43,822 bases of DNA from Aquificales bacterium (GTDB lineage: Bacteria > Aquificota > Aquificia > Aquificales > QOAS01): positions 1 through 43,822 of the forward strand of contig DTXZ01000093.1 of the NCBI GenBank assembly GCA_012962155.1, given 5' to 3'. Made by a program: the position numbers and the translations under genes. How positions within the stretch are numbered: position 1 is the stretch's first letter; each line of letters opens with the position of its first letter. This document shows positions 35,798 to 43,822 of the stretch, one piece after another. The notes beneath the pieces were generated by a model. The model worked only from the letters and a program-made list of their open reading frames with translations, ran no database searches and had not been told where the DNA came from.

Positions 35798-36853
35798 ATG
35801 TTTGCCAAAAGGGTGCGAAAACTTTCCGCCTATAAAACGGAAACTTCCAAGACAAAGGTAAAACTTTCTTCCAATGAGCTTCCCTACGACCTACCCCAAT
35901 GGCTAAAAGAGAAGGTAAAAAAAGCCTTGGCGGATATTCCTTTTAACCGCTATCCCGACCCCTATGCGACCGAGCTTAGGGAAATTTTAGCCCAGCTTTG
36001 GGGTGTAAAACCGGAAAACCTCATTTTGGGAAATGGCTCGGACGAACTTATTTTGAACCTAACCCTAGCGGTAGGCGAGCCTTACGAGGGGATAGCCTAT
36101 CCCATTCCCACCTTCCCTATGTATAGGGTTTGCGCCCAAACTTTGGGAAGACCTATTTACGAGATACCCCTCGGGGAGGATCTGGATATAGACGAAAAGG
36201 CTACTTCGGAGGTTTTGGACAACTACAACCCCGCCCTGCTTTTCATCTCCTATCCCAATAACCCTACGGGAAACCTATTTTCAAGGGATAGATTGGAGAG
36301 GTTGAGGAAAAAAGTGACCCTCATGGTGAGCGACGAAGCCTATTACGACTTTTGCGGTGAAACCTATATAAAACAAGCCACCGAAGGGCAAAATGTGGTG
36401 GTTTTGAGAACTCTCTCCAAAATAGGTCTCGCCTCTTTAAGGGTTGGGGCCCTAATTGGGGAGGAAAGTATCGTAAAGGAACTCTTTAAGGTAAAAATGC
36501 CATTTAATGTTACCTCGCCCTCCCAGGTTATCGCTAAAGTGGTTTTAACCGAGGGAATAGACTTTATAAGGGAGGCTACTCAAAAGGTAATCTCCGAAAG
36601 GGAAAGGCTTCGGGCGGAACTGCAAAGGTTGGAAGGTGTTAAAGTTTTTCCTTCCAAAGCGAACTTTTTTCTATTTAAAACCCCCTTCCCCGCGGAAGTT
36701 GTCCACAAAGCATTACTCCAAAAGGGGGTTCTGGTGAGAAATGTTTCCTATCTACCCAACCTCCAAGGCTGTTTAAGGGTAAGTGTGGGAAAAGCCGAGG
36801 AGAACGACTTCTTCTTGGAAAAACTGCAGCAGGTTTTAAAGGAGTTGGGTTAG
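35798..36853 (+). CDS. hisC: Histidinol-phosphate aminotransferase
   Basis: NRYPDPYA.ELRE, NGSDELI, YPNNPTGN and SKIGLASLRVG (PLP Lys). Confidence 0.9.
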   Translation: MFAKRVRKLSAYKTETSKTKVKLSSNELPYDLPQWLKEKVKKALADIPFNRYPDPYATELREILAQLWGVKPENLILGNGSDELILNLTLAVGEPYEGIAYPIPTFPMYRVCAQTLGRPIYEIPLGEDLDIDEKATSEVLDNYNPALLFISYPNNPTGNLFSRDRLERLRKKVTLMVSDEAYYDFCGETYIKQATEGQNVVVLRTLSKIGLASLRVGALIGEESIVKELFKVKMPFNVTSPSQVIAKVVLTEGIDFIREATQKVISERERLRAELQRLEGVKVFPSKANFFLFKTPFPAEVVHKALLQKGVLVRNVSYLPNLQGCLRVSVGKAEENDFFLEKLQQVLKELG

Positions 36854-37671
36854 GAGACCTTAAAGTGCAATTTTGCTAACTTCTTTAAAGTTTGTCCGTC
36901 AAACTTAGCCCTGAGTTCCCGAAATATCCTTTTCGCCTCATTCCCGCTCCCCGCGGGAAGTCTTATTCCCGCCACTTTTGAAAGTCTTTCCAACTCCTTA
37001 AGGTAGAGGTAACGGGCTAAAATTGAAGCACAGGCTACCGCCAAGTGGCTTTCCGCATTTGTCTCCTCTATCACCTCTAAAGAGGAATTTAAGAAGCAAT
37101 CTATATAGCTTCCCTTCATAAACTTGTCTACAATAGCCTTGGTAAGACCGAATTCCAAAAACAGCTGGTCTATAACTACCGCGTGGGCGAGGGAAAGAAT
37201 CTTGTTTAAGTTTTGCAGTTTCCTGTAAATCTCATTGTATGCGTAGGGATTAATCTTTACACACCTATGGCAGTTTAACTCCATAAGTTTTTGGGCAATC
37301 TCTTTTAAACTCTCGGGGGGAACGCTTTTGGAATCCCTCACCCCGAGCTTTAAAACTTCCTTTGCAACCTTGGGCGTTAGGGCAAAACCGCAGACCACAA
37401 GAGGGCCAAATAAATCCCCTTTACCCGCCTCGTCGGTTCCTATATAGTCGCTTTCCACCGAAAGGTTCTCAACGAGCTTCTCTATCAAACCTTTTACGTC
37501 ACCCTTACCTTGCACCAAAAAGGTTCCGGTGGGGTAAAATACCACCTGTAGATCTTTACCCCTAAAACAGAAAACCGCATTGGGATATTCCTCTCTTTCA
37601 AGCCCAAGTTGGCGGAGCTTCTCTTCCAGTTTTGGCGCCAAATGGAGTGGAAACTTTAAAACCTTATTCAT
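36850..37671 (-). CDS. rnhC: Ribonuclease HIII
   Basis: An N-terminal ~80-aa TBP-like substrate-binding region is followed by the RNase HII/HIII catalytic block GTDEAGKGDLFGPLVV and VRDSK. The ORF extends to 37704; the ATG at 37671 avoids overlap with the upstream gene. Confidence 0.8.
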   Translation of the reverse strand: MNKVLKFPLHLAPKLEEKLRQLGLEREEYPNAVFCFRGKDLQVVFYPTGTFLVQGKGDVKGLIEKLVENLSVESDYIGTDEAGKGDLFGPLVVCGFALTPKVAKEVLKLGVRDSKSVPPESLKEIAQKLMELNCHRCVKINPYAYNEIYRKLQNLNKILSLAHAVVIDQLFLEFGLTKAIVDKFMKGSYIDCFLNSSLEVIEETNAESHLAVACASILARYLYLKELERLSKVAGIRLPAGSGNEAKRIFRELRAKFDGQTLKKLAKLHFKVS

Positions 37672-37688
37672 AAAAAAAAATTTTAATG

Positions 37689-38072
37689 CTATCCCACGAA
37701 ACACTTTTTGAGCGCATTTCTCAAAAAGTTTAACCTTATTTGGAAAAATTCCTCCCTGTTGGAGAAAGGATAGCTCTTGTATTCTTCAATAAGGTGGTTT
37801 AGTTTACTTTCCAGCGCTTGAACCATCTGGGGATGTTTGGGTTTGAAGTGCTTTTTGAGGAGGAGCAGTTCCTCTTTTACGTCCCGAACCTTTTGTTGGA
37901 ATCTTTTTAGCTCTTCCTCCGTAGGGGTGACCGGTTTAAAGAAGGCGTAATGCACATTCCAATTTACCGACGAGGCAATTTGGGTTACGGAAAGGAAGCG
38001 CTTCCTAATTTCCTCCTTTCTTTTCCTCCAAAAAGCCATATCGGTGAGCGGTTGGAAAACAATCTTATCCAT
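37689..38072 (-). CDS. Hypothetical helical protein (127 aa)
   Basis: Intact ORF directly upstream of rnhC on the same strand. No motif was recognised. Confidence 0.5.
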   Translation of the reverse strand: MDKIVFQPLTDMAFWRKRKEEIRKRFLSVTQIASSVNWNVHYAFFKPVTPTEEELKRFQQKVRDVKEELLLLKKHFKPKHPQMVQALESKLNHLIEEYKSYPFSNREEFFQIRLNFLRNALKKCFVG

Positions 38073-38125
38073 AATTTATTAACAAAATATAGCAAATTGG
38101 TTCCCGAAACAAAATTTTTAAAAAG

Positions 38126-39415
38126 ATGCAGGAATTTTTTACCGGCGAAGAGTTTAAATTTCTCCTTTCCCTTTTGGTGGGTTTTCTCATCGGTTTGGAA
38201 AGGGAGATAAGGGGTAAGCTGGGAAGGGATGTTTTTGCGGGAATAAGAACCTTTCCCCTCATATCGGTTTTGGGAACCCTCTCGGCTTGGATAAGTGAAC
38301 ATTACTTTTCTCACTTTGTTCTCGTTTCTTACCTCGGATTGGTTGTCCTTTCCGCGGTTAATTATTTTGCAGGTGTTCAAAGGAGAACGGGAATAACCAC
38401 CGAGGTGGCGGTTTTTCTAACTTTTACCTTTGGAGTCTTGATTTACTTCGGCTTTTACTACGAGACGGTATTCTTTGCAGTGGTTACAACCCTTCTGCTT
38501 GCCACCAAAAGGGCTTTGGAAGGTTTTGCCCTCCACCTCAGTGCGGAGGATCTATTTCCCTTTTTACAATTTCTGGTTCTTTCCGCTTTGATATATCCCG
38601 TCCTCCCCGATAGGGAAATTTTTTACGGCTTTAACCCCAAAAGTGTTTGGAAATTCATATTTTTGGTTTCCTCCGTTAGTTTTATCGGATATCTCCTGCT
38701 AAAGGTCTATACCTCCAAGGGGGAAACCAAGGGGCTCGTTAAAACCTTGCTTATAACCGCGGTTTTGGGCGGAAGCGTATCCTCCACTGCGGTAACCCTT
38801 TCCTATTCCAAACTTTCTCGGGAAATACCTTCCTTAACTTCCGCCTTCTTTCTTGGGATAGTTATCTCCTGGATAATAATGGCTATCCGCGTCCTTTTGC
38901 TGGCGGGGTTCATTGCACCCGAATTGCTAAAACCTTTGATCAGTCTTTTCTTTCCCTTTATCGCGGTAATGTTCCTTATAGGGCTCAATTTTTACCTAAA
39001 GGAAAACATTTCCCCCGAAGGGGATTTAAAACTGGGAGGAAAGGTAAATCTAAAAAATCCCTTTTCGTGGGGTGAAATTGTGCAATTTGCAGCCGTTTAT
39101 ACCGCGGTGGCTATCTTAGGAAAGATTTTAAAGGAACAGTTGGGGGATAAGGGGCTTTTAATTTTAGCCGCCACGTCGGGAGTTGTGGACGTGGACCCTA
39201 TTACCATCGCCCTTGCCGATATGTTTGCCCAAAATCGCGTGGGTCTCCATTTGGTTTTAGGGGGAATACTTTTGGCGGTAATTTCCAACAATTTCTTTAA
39301 GGCTTTATACGCCTACCTTTTCGGTAGCGGAAAAATGAAGAAGCTAATTCTCTTTTTAGTAGGCGCAAACGTATTTTACACCCTTATCGGGTTGTTCGTT
39401 TTAAAGGTAACCTAA
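38126..39415 (+). CDS. MgtC/SapB-family integral membrane protein with a DUF4010-like C-terminal half
   Basis: N-terminal LL.GFLIGLEREIRGK...AGIRTF.L MgtC signature, then about 10 further TM helices. Confidence 0.7.
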   Translation: MQEFFTGEEFKFLLSLLVGFLIGLEREIRGKLGRDVFAGIRTFPLISVLGTLSAWISEHYFSHFVLVSYLGLVVLSAVNYFAGVQRRTGITTEVAVFLTFTFGVLIYFGFYYETVFFAVVTTLLLATKRALEGFALHLSAEDLFPFLQFLVLSALIYPVLPDREIFYGFNPKSVWKFIFLVSSVSFIGYLLLKVYTSKGETKGLVKTLLITAVLGGSVSSTAVTLSYSKLSREIPSLTSAFFLGIVISWIIMAIRVLLLAGFIAPELLKPLISLFFPFIAVMFLIGLNFYLKENISPEGDLKLGGKVNLKNPFSWGEIVQFAAVYTAVAILGKILKEQLGDKGLLILAATSGVVDVDPITIALADMFAQNRVGLHLVLGGILLAVISNNFFKALYAYLFGSGKMKKLILFLVGANVFYTLIGLFVLKVT

Positions 39416-39430
39416 AAGGGAAGGAAAAAT

Positions 39431-39694
39431 TTACCGGCTTTCTTGGAGGGGGATTACGTCAACGTATTTTCTTCCCCTTCTGTTAACAAATCTCACAATT
39501 CCGTCCACTTTGGCAAAGAGGGTAAAGTCGCCACCCATACCGACATTGATACCGGGGTATATTCTCGTTCCCCTTTGGCGGACAATTATGTTACCCGCCT
39601 TTACAATTTGTCCGTCGTGGCGTTTTACCCCTAACCTTTTGGAAATACTATCCCTACCGTTCTTTGTTGAACCTCCTGCGGCTTTGCTCGCCAT
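39431..39694 (-). CDS. rpmA: 50S ribosomal protein L27
   Basis: [38 protein letters not shown]. Confidence 0.95.
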   Translation of the reverse strand: MASKAAGGSTKNGRDSISKRLGVKRHDGQIVKAGNIIVRQRGTRIYPGINVGMGGDFTLFAKVDGIVRFVNRRGRKYVDVIPLQESR

Positions 39695-39718
39695 TTTGCC
39701 ACCTCCTATAGATTAGTT

Positions 39719-40015
39719 TTAAAGCTGAATTTCCTTAATTTCGATTTCGGTAAAGGGTTGGCGGTGACCTTTCCACCTGCGATAGTTCTTTTTGGGTCTG
39801 TATTTGAAAACTATCAGCTTTTTGCCCAACCCGTGACCTTTAACTTCCGCTATAACGGTACCCTTGTCAACGTGGACATTCCCTTCGTCGTCACGAACCA
39901 TTAGGGCTTTAAGTTCAATGGTTTCACCCACATTGGCCTTTAATTTTTCAACCTTTAGTTTATCTCCTACCTCTACCCTGTATTGTTTTCCGCCGGTTTT
40001 AATTACCGCATACAT
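39719..40015 (-). CDS. rplU: 50S ribosomal protein L21
   Basis: MYAVIKTGGKQYRVEVGD and FKYRPKKNYRRWKGHRQ. A GGAGG RBS lies 8 nt upstream of ATG 40015. The ORF track start at 40081 is an extension. Confidence 0.93.
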   Translation of the reverse strand: MYAVIKTGGKQYRVEVGDKLKVEKLKANVGETIELKALMVRDDEGNVHVDKGTVIAEVKGHGLGKKLIVFKYRPKKNYRRWKGHRQPFTEIEIKEIQL

Positions 40016-40077
40016 TTCTCTATCCTCCGCCTTTTTAAAACCAAATAAACCTATTTTGACCGTAAGAGATAAATATT

Positions 40078-41217
40078 TCAACTCTTTACAACCTTTAGGG
40101 TTTCCCGGTAGGCTAGGTTTACCACTTTGGGTATGTCTTTTCTTTCCATATTTCTCCTTTTGGGGGCAAGTTTTTCAACCGTAGCTTCTATCAGCTCCGG
40201 AATGTCGGTAAAGGATATTTTTTTTTCCAAAAAGAGTTTTACCGCCCCTTCATCCGCACCCACCAAAAGGGCGGTATAGGGAAGCCCCTTTTCACCGTAG
40301 GAGTAGGCGAGTTTTAAACATTTAAAGGTTTCCGTATCGGGTTTTTCAAACTCCAACCTTCCAATGGAGGGAAGGTTTAACCCTTTAAAGGGGGTTATAG
40401 ACCTTTCGGGGTAAAAAAGGGCGTGTTGTATAGGAAATTTCATATCCGTAGGCGAAAGGAGGGCAAACATGTTTCCATCGGTGGTTTCCACAATGGCGTG
40501 AACCACACTTTGGGGGTGTATTAAAACTTGAATATCCTCTATCGGAAAATCAAAAAGATAATGGGCTTCTATTACCTCAAAACCTTTATTCATCAAGGTG
40601 GCGCTGTCAACGGTAATCTTAGCCCCCATCTTCCAACGGGGATGTTTTAGGGCATCTTCGGGTTTTACCCTTTTCAGTTCCTCTAAAGTTTTTCCCCTAA
40701 AGGGTCCCCCCGAAGCGGTCAGATAGATTTTCCTTATAGACTTTTTGGGTATATTCTCCAAAAGTTGGAAAAGGGCGTTGTGTTCGCTATCTATTGGAAT
40801 AATCCTTTTTAGGTAGGGTTTTAGAAATTCCCCGCCGGCGATAACGGTTTCCTTATTTGCTAACAACAGTTTTGCGTCGGTATTTTCCAAAACCAAAAAG
40901 GAGGGTTCTATTCCGAAAATTCCGCTTATGGCGTTTACAACCTTTGGAGGTTTGGCCTTTTCCAAAGCTATTGCCAAACCAAGATTTCCGCTTAAATGTC
41001 TCACCCCTTGGGGTAGCTCCCTTAACCACTCTTTGGGTGGAGGTTCTTGGGTTACAACATAGGAAGGGTTAAACTTTTTTACCTGCGAAAGGAGTTTAGA
41101 AGAGGTTTTACGGGCGGAAAGTAGACAAACCTTAAACCGCTTTGGGAATTTTTCTATAACCTCGAGAGTTTGGGTTCCGACCGAGCCGGTGGAACCTAAA
41201 ACCGCTATGGATTCCAT
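40078..41217 (-). CDS. dxr: 1-deoxy-D-xylulose 5-phosphate reductoisomerase
   Basis: LGSTGSVGTQTL, LANKE, DSEHNA.FQ and HPRWKMG.KITVDSAT.MNKG.E.IEA. Confidence 0.92.
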   Translation of the reverse strand: MESIAVLGSTGSVGTQTLEVIEKFPKRFKVCLLSARKTSSKLLSQVKKFNPSYVVTQEPPPKEWLRELPQGVRHLSGNLGLAIALEKAKPPKVVNAISGIFGIEPSFLVLENTDAKLLLANKETVIAGGEFLKPYLKRIIPIDSEHNALFQLLENIPKKSIRKIYLTASGGPFRGKTLEELKRVKPEDALKHPRWKMGAKITVDSATLMNKGFEVIEAHYLFDFPIEDIQVLIHPQSVVHAIVETTDGNMFALLSPTDMKFPIQHALFYPERSITPFKGLNLPSIGRLEFEKPDTETFKCLKLAYSYGEKGLPYTALLVGADEGAVKLFLEKKISFTDIPELIEATVEKLAPKRRNMERKDIPKVVNLAYRETLKVVKS

Positions 41218-41256
41218 ACATACAAAAGTTAAAGAGGAATAACCGCTTTAGCGGGC

Positions 41257-41934
41257 TTAAAAGCTTTTGTCCTTAACGACCTCCCACTCGGTAATAAGTT
41301 GGCGTCCCCTAACAAAGTGGGCTCTTAGTCGAAGGTGCAGTAACTTTGAGAGGGATTTAAAACCTTCTCCCCCTACCAAAGTGGGGATATCTTCGCCCCC
41401 CACCACGACGGGGAGGTGGATAAGCCGTATTTCGTCCACCAATTTGTTCTTGACCAGTTGCCAATTTACGTAGGCACCACCCTCAACCAAGATGCTTTTT
41501 ATCCCCTTTTCCCACAAAAATTGCCATATTTCTTTAAAATCCAACTTATCTTTCTCAAAAACAAAAACTTGGTGTCCTTTTTCCTCTATAGCTCTTTTGG
41601 TTTCCTCGGGCATTCGGGGGGTTGTCAAAACCCAAGTTGTTGCATCTTTGGAAAAGATATTGGCATCGGTAGGAATATTTCCACTTCCGCAAGGAATAAC
41701 CCGTATGGGGTTTTTGCCCTCCACATATCTCACCGTAAGGGAGGGGTTATCGGTTCTAACTGTTTCGCAACCGACCATTATCGCGTCAACCTTTGCCCTT
41801 ATTTGGTGGAGGTATTTGTAAGCCTCTATATCCATTAAGGTCATCAGTTCTTTGGATGAGGCTCCTCTATGGAGGGTAAGTTTTCCGTCTACTGTAACCT
41901 CAGAGGTTATAATCGTATAAGGGCGGTTTAGCAT
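41257..41934 (-). CDS. RibD C-terminal-domain reductase (stand-alone, archaeal-type diaminohydroxyphosphoribosylaminopyrimidine reductase-like)
   Basis: RPYTIITSEVTVDGKL and ILVEGGA..N..L....LVDE..L...P...GG blocks of the RibD_C/DHFR-like fold, with no deaminase domain. Start is uncertain (TTG 41991, ATG 41970 or ATG 41934); 41934 gives 225 aa. Confidence 0.7.
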   Translation of the reverse strand: MLNRPYTIITSEVTVDGKLTLHRGASSKELMTLMDIEAYKYLHQIRAKVDAIMVGCETVRTDNPSLTVRYVEGKNPIRVIPCGSGNIPTDANIFSKDATTWVLTTPRMPEETKRAIEEKGHQVFVFEKDKLDFKEIWQFLWEKGIKSILVEGGAYVNWQLVKNKLVDEIRLIHLPVVVGGEDIPTLVGGEGFKSLSKLLHLRLRAHFVRGRQLITEWEVVKDKSF

Positions 41935-41990
41935 AACTTCTAAATCATACCTTAAAGAGTTGTATAACATTAAAGGGAGGTTTTTTGCCA

Positions 41991-43691
41991 ATGCTTGAAT
42001 ACGACGTCCTGATAGTCGGTGCGGGAGGAGCCGGACTTTACGCGGCGCTGTGGGCTTCGCAAAATCCGAAAATAAAAGTTGGGGTAATGTCTAAAGTTTA
42101 TCCCGTTCGTTCCCATACCGGGGCCGCAGAGGGAGGAATAAACGCCGCCCTTGCCAACGTGGCGGAGGACCATCCCGAAAAACACGCCTTTGATACCGTT
42201 AAAGGTTCCGACTATTTGGCTGACCAGGATGCGGTTGGAATAATGACCAAATTGGCACCCGAGATAATCTACGACATAGAGCACCGAGGAGTTCCTTTCT
42301 CGCGCCTACCCGACGGAAGAATCGCCCAAAGACCTTTCGGGGGAGCCTCCTTTCCCAGAACCTGTTACGCCGCGGATAGAACCGGTTTGGTAATACTTCA
42401 CACCCTTTACGACCAGACGTTGAAACAAGGTGTTGAATTCCTCAACGAATGGTTTCTCTTAAACATAATCCACAACGGGGAAAGGGTTTTGGGTGTAACC
42501 GCTTTGGATATAAAGGAGGGGGGGGTTCACTTTATAAAAGCAAAAGCGGTAATTGTTGCAACCGGTGGACACGCGAGAATGTATTGGAATAGAACCTCCA
42601 ACGCGCTTGGAAATACAGGTGACGGAACGGCGGCTGCTCTAAGGGTGGGACTTCCCTTAAAGGATATGGAATTTGTCCAATTCCACCCTACCGGTCTTAG
42701 GAAAACCGGAATACTGATAACCGAGGGTGCGAGGGGAGAAGGCGGATATCTTATAAATAAAGACGGCGAGCGTTTTATGAAGAAATACGCACCCGAAAAA
42801 ATGGAACTTGCACCCAGGGATATAGTAGCCCGTTCCATAGAGAAGGAAATACTTGAAGGAAGGGGTTGCGGTCCCGAAGGGGATTACATTTGTTTGGATT
42901 TGAGGCATTTGGGTGAAAAGAAACTGATGGAGAGGCTTCCCCAAACCGTTGAACACGCAAGGGTCTATGAAGGTGTAGACCCGGTAAAAGAGCCCATACC
43001 CATAAGACCTACCGCCCACTACTCTATGGGAGGAATAGATACGGATAAATACGGACTAACCGAGATAAAAGGACTTTACGCGGCGGGAGAAGCCGCGTGC
43101 ATATCCGTTCACGGTGCAAACAGATTGGGAGGAAACTCGCTCCTCGATATCTTAGTCTTCGGAAAGATAGCGGCGGAACATGCCGCTGAGTATGTTATCG
43201 GTGTAGAACACCTTCCGACCGATGGAATGGGGTACGTAAAAAGGGAAGAAGAATTCATTAAATCTCTAATGGACAAAGAGCCCAAAGAGAACCTTTCCCG
43301 AATGAGGAGAGAAATGGGAGATATTATGACTTCCAAGGTGGGTATCTTCAGGGAAGAAGGCCCTATGAAGGAAGCGCTTAACGAAATTAGGGAATTGAAA
43401 GAGAGGGCTAAAGCGGGTTTGGCTGTTGTGGATAAATCGAAAAGGTTTAACATTAACTTGGTTCAAACCTTGGAATTTTTAAACCTTCTTGATTTGGCGG
43501 AGGTAACAACCCTTTGTGCTATAGAGAGGAGGGAATCCCGCGGAGCGCACTATAGATTGGATTACCCCCAAAGGAATGACGAAAACTTCCTAAAACACTC
43601 CATTATTAGAAGGAAAGAGGATGGAACTCTTCAGCACGGTTGGAAAGATGTTGTCATAACCAAATGGCAACCGCAGGAAAGGAAATATTAA
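41991..43691 (+). CDS. sdhA: Fumarate reductase / succinate dehydrogenase flavoprotein subunit
   Basis: [13 protein letters not shown], the FAD-histidine block [14 protein letters not shown] and GGNSL. AGGGAGG RBS lies 10 nt upstream of ATG 41991. Confidence 0.92.
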   Translation: MLEYDVLIVGAGGAGLYAALWASQNPKIKVGVMSKVYPVRSHTGAAEGGINAALANVAEDHPEKHAFDTVKGSDYLADQDAVGIMTKLAPEIIYDIEHRGVPFSRLPDGRIAQRPFGGASFPRTCYAADRTGLVILHTLYDQTLKQGVEFLNEWFLLNIIHNGERVLGVTALDIKEGGVHFIKAKAVIVATGGHARMYWNRTSNALGNTGDGTAAALRVGLPLKDMEFVQFHPTGLRKTGILITEGARGEGGYLINKDGERFMKKYAPEKMELAPRDIVARSIEKEILEGRGCGPEGDYICLDLRHLGEKKLMERLPQTVEHARVYEGVDPVKEPIPIRPTAHYSMGGIDTDKYGLTEIKGLYAAGEAACISVHGANRLGGNSLLDILVFGKIAAEHAAEYVIGVEHLPTDGMGYVKREEEFIKSLMDKEPKENLSRMRREMGDIMTSKVGIFREEGPMKEALNEIRELKERAKAGLAVVDKSKRFNINLVQTLEFLNLLDLAEVTTLCAIERRESRGAHYRLDYPQRNDENFLKHSIIRRKEDGTLQHGWKDVVITKWQPQERKY

Positions 43692-43779
43692 TTTCCTCCT
43701 TTTTGAAATCTTTTTAACATCTTAAACTTCCTTTTGGGGTCTTGGAAAGAGCCTTTGGAACAAAGGGAGGAGGTTTAAA

Positions 43780-43822
43780 ATGTCTCAAGAAAAGATTATT
43801 TTAAAGGTTTACAGATATAACC
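43780..43822 (+). CDS. sdhB: Fumarate reductase / succinate dehydrogenase iron-sulfur subunit (5' end only)
   Basis: AGGGAGGAGG RBS, then MSQEKIILKVYRYN, which resembles the typical SdhB/FrdB N-terminus. Truncated by the window end. Confidence 0.6.
   Translation, partial: MSQEKIILKVYRYN

Noticed and set aside
41935-41990. Possible FMN riboswitch upstream of the RibD-C-like gene. Riboswitches or leaders upstream of folP (10756-10797), purN (17085-17153) and pyrF (30063-30103) were also considered.
   Set aside because: The spacers are 40-70 nt, too short for the known FMN, THF, purine or PyrR elements, and show no conserved cores or convincing helices.
43752-43766. Hairpin CCTTTG-GAA-CAAAGG whose 3' arm overlaps the Fe-S subunit RBS, considered as a translational control element.
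   Set aside because: It is 6 bp with a 3-nt loop and probably unstable at this organism's growth temperature. It cannot be distinguished from chance.
1-43822. Search for CRISPR arrays, IS elements, transposases, integrases, prophage or toxin-antitoxin modules, including integration next to the tRNA at 5946-6018.
   Set aside because: I saw no regularly spaced direct repeats, no recombinase or transposase-like ORFs, and no direct repeat of the tRNA 3' end. All non-coding gaps are 126 nt or shorter. Reading by eye cannot exclude short dispersed repeats.

Overview
This 43.8 kb chromosomal window comes from a thermophilic Aquificae-type bacterium. The basis is protein-level resemblance to Aquifex, Hydrogenobacter and Thermocrinis: a NusG with an inserted domain, a bacterial Trm1, RNase HIII, and functionally unrelated genes packed head to tail. 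It opens inside a 5S rRNA gene and is almost fully coding. About 58 CDSs and one tRNA(CAT) are present, with many 1-4 nt start/stop overlaps. Most content is housekeeping. One ribosomal-protein cluster runs rplN to rplO, lacks secY, and is followed by folP-def. A secE-nusG-rplKAJL cluster lacks rpoBC and is followed by purN. Also present are murE, coaX, truB, lpxB, pyrF, lysS, holB, hisC, rnhC, dxr, rplU-rpmA and frdA/sdhA with the start of the Fe-S subunit. I found no CRISPR array, transposase, integrase or prophage signature, so no clear self-contained novel system can be asserted from sequence alone. The most unusual loci follow. (1) A co-directional string holds an orphan ABC ATPase, a 1231-aa Cys-rich vWA+PilY1-like protein, a solitary fliQ and a pheT reduced to its C-terminal half. 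(2) An orphan 294-aa protein has degenerate RAMP-like end motifs. (3) A compact DsrE/F/H (TusD/C/B)-like trio is translationally coupled to truB. (4) L30 is twice its normal length. (5) FolP carries a ~120-aa N-terminal extension. (6) A two-stem RNA element lies just upstream of rpsH. (7) An ~80 bp near-palindromic divergent region lies between two orphan ABC ATPase genes that share their first 10 nt. All functional calls rest on motif recognition by eye; no database search was run.
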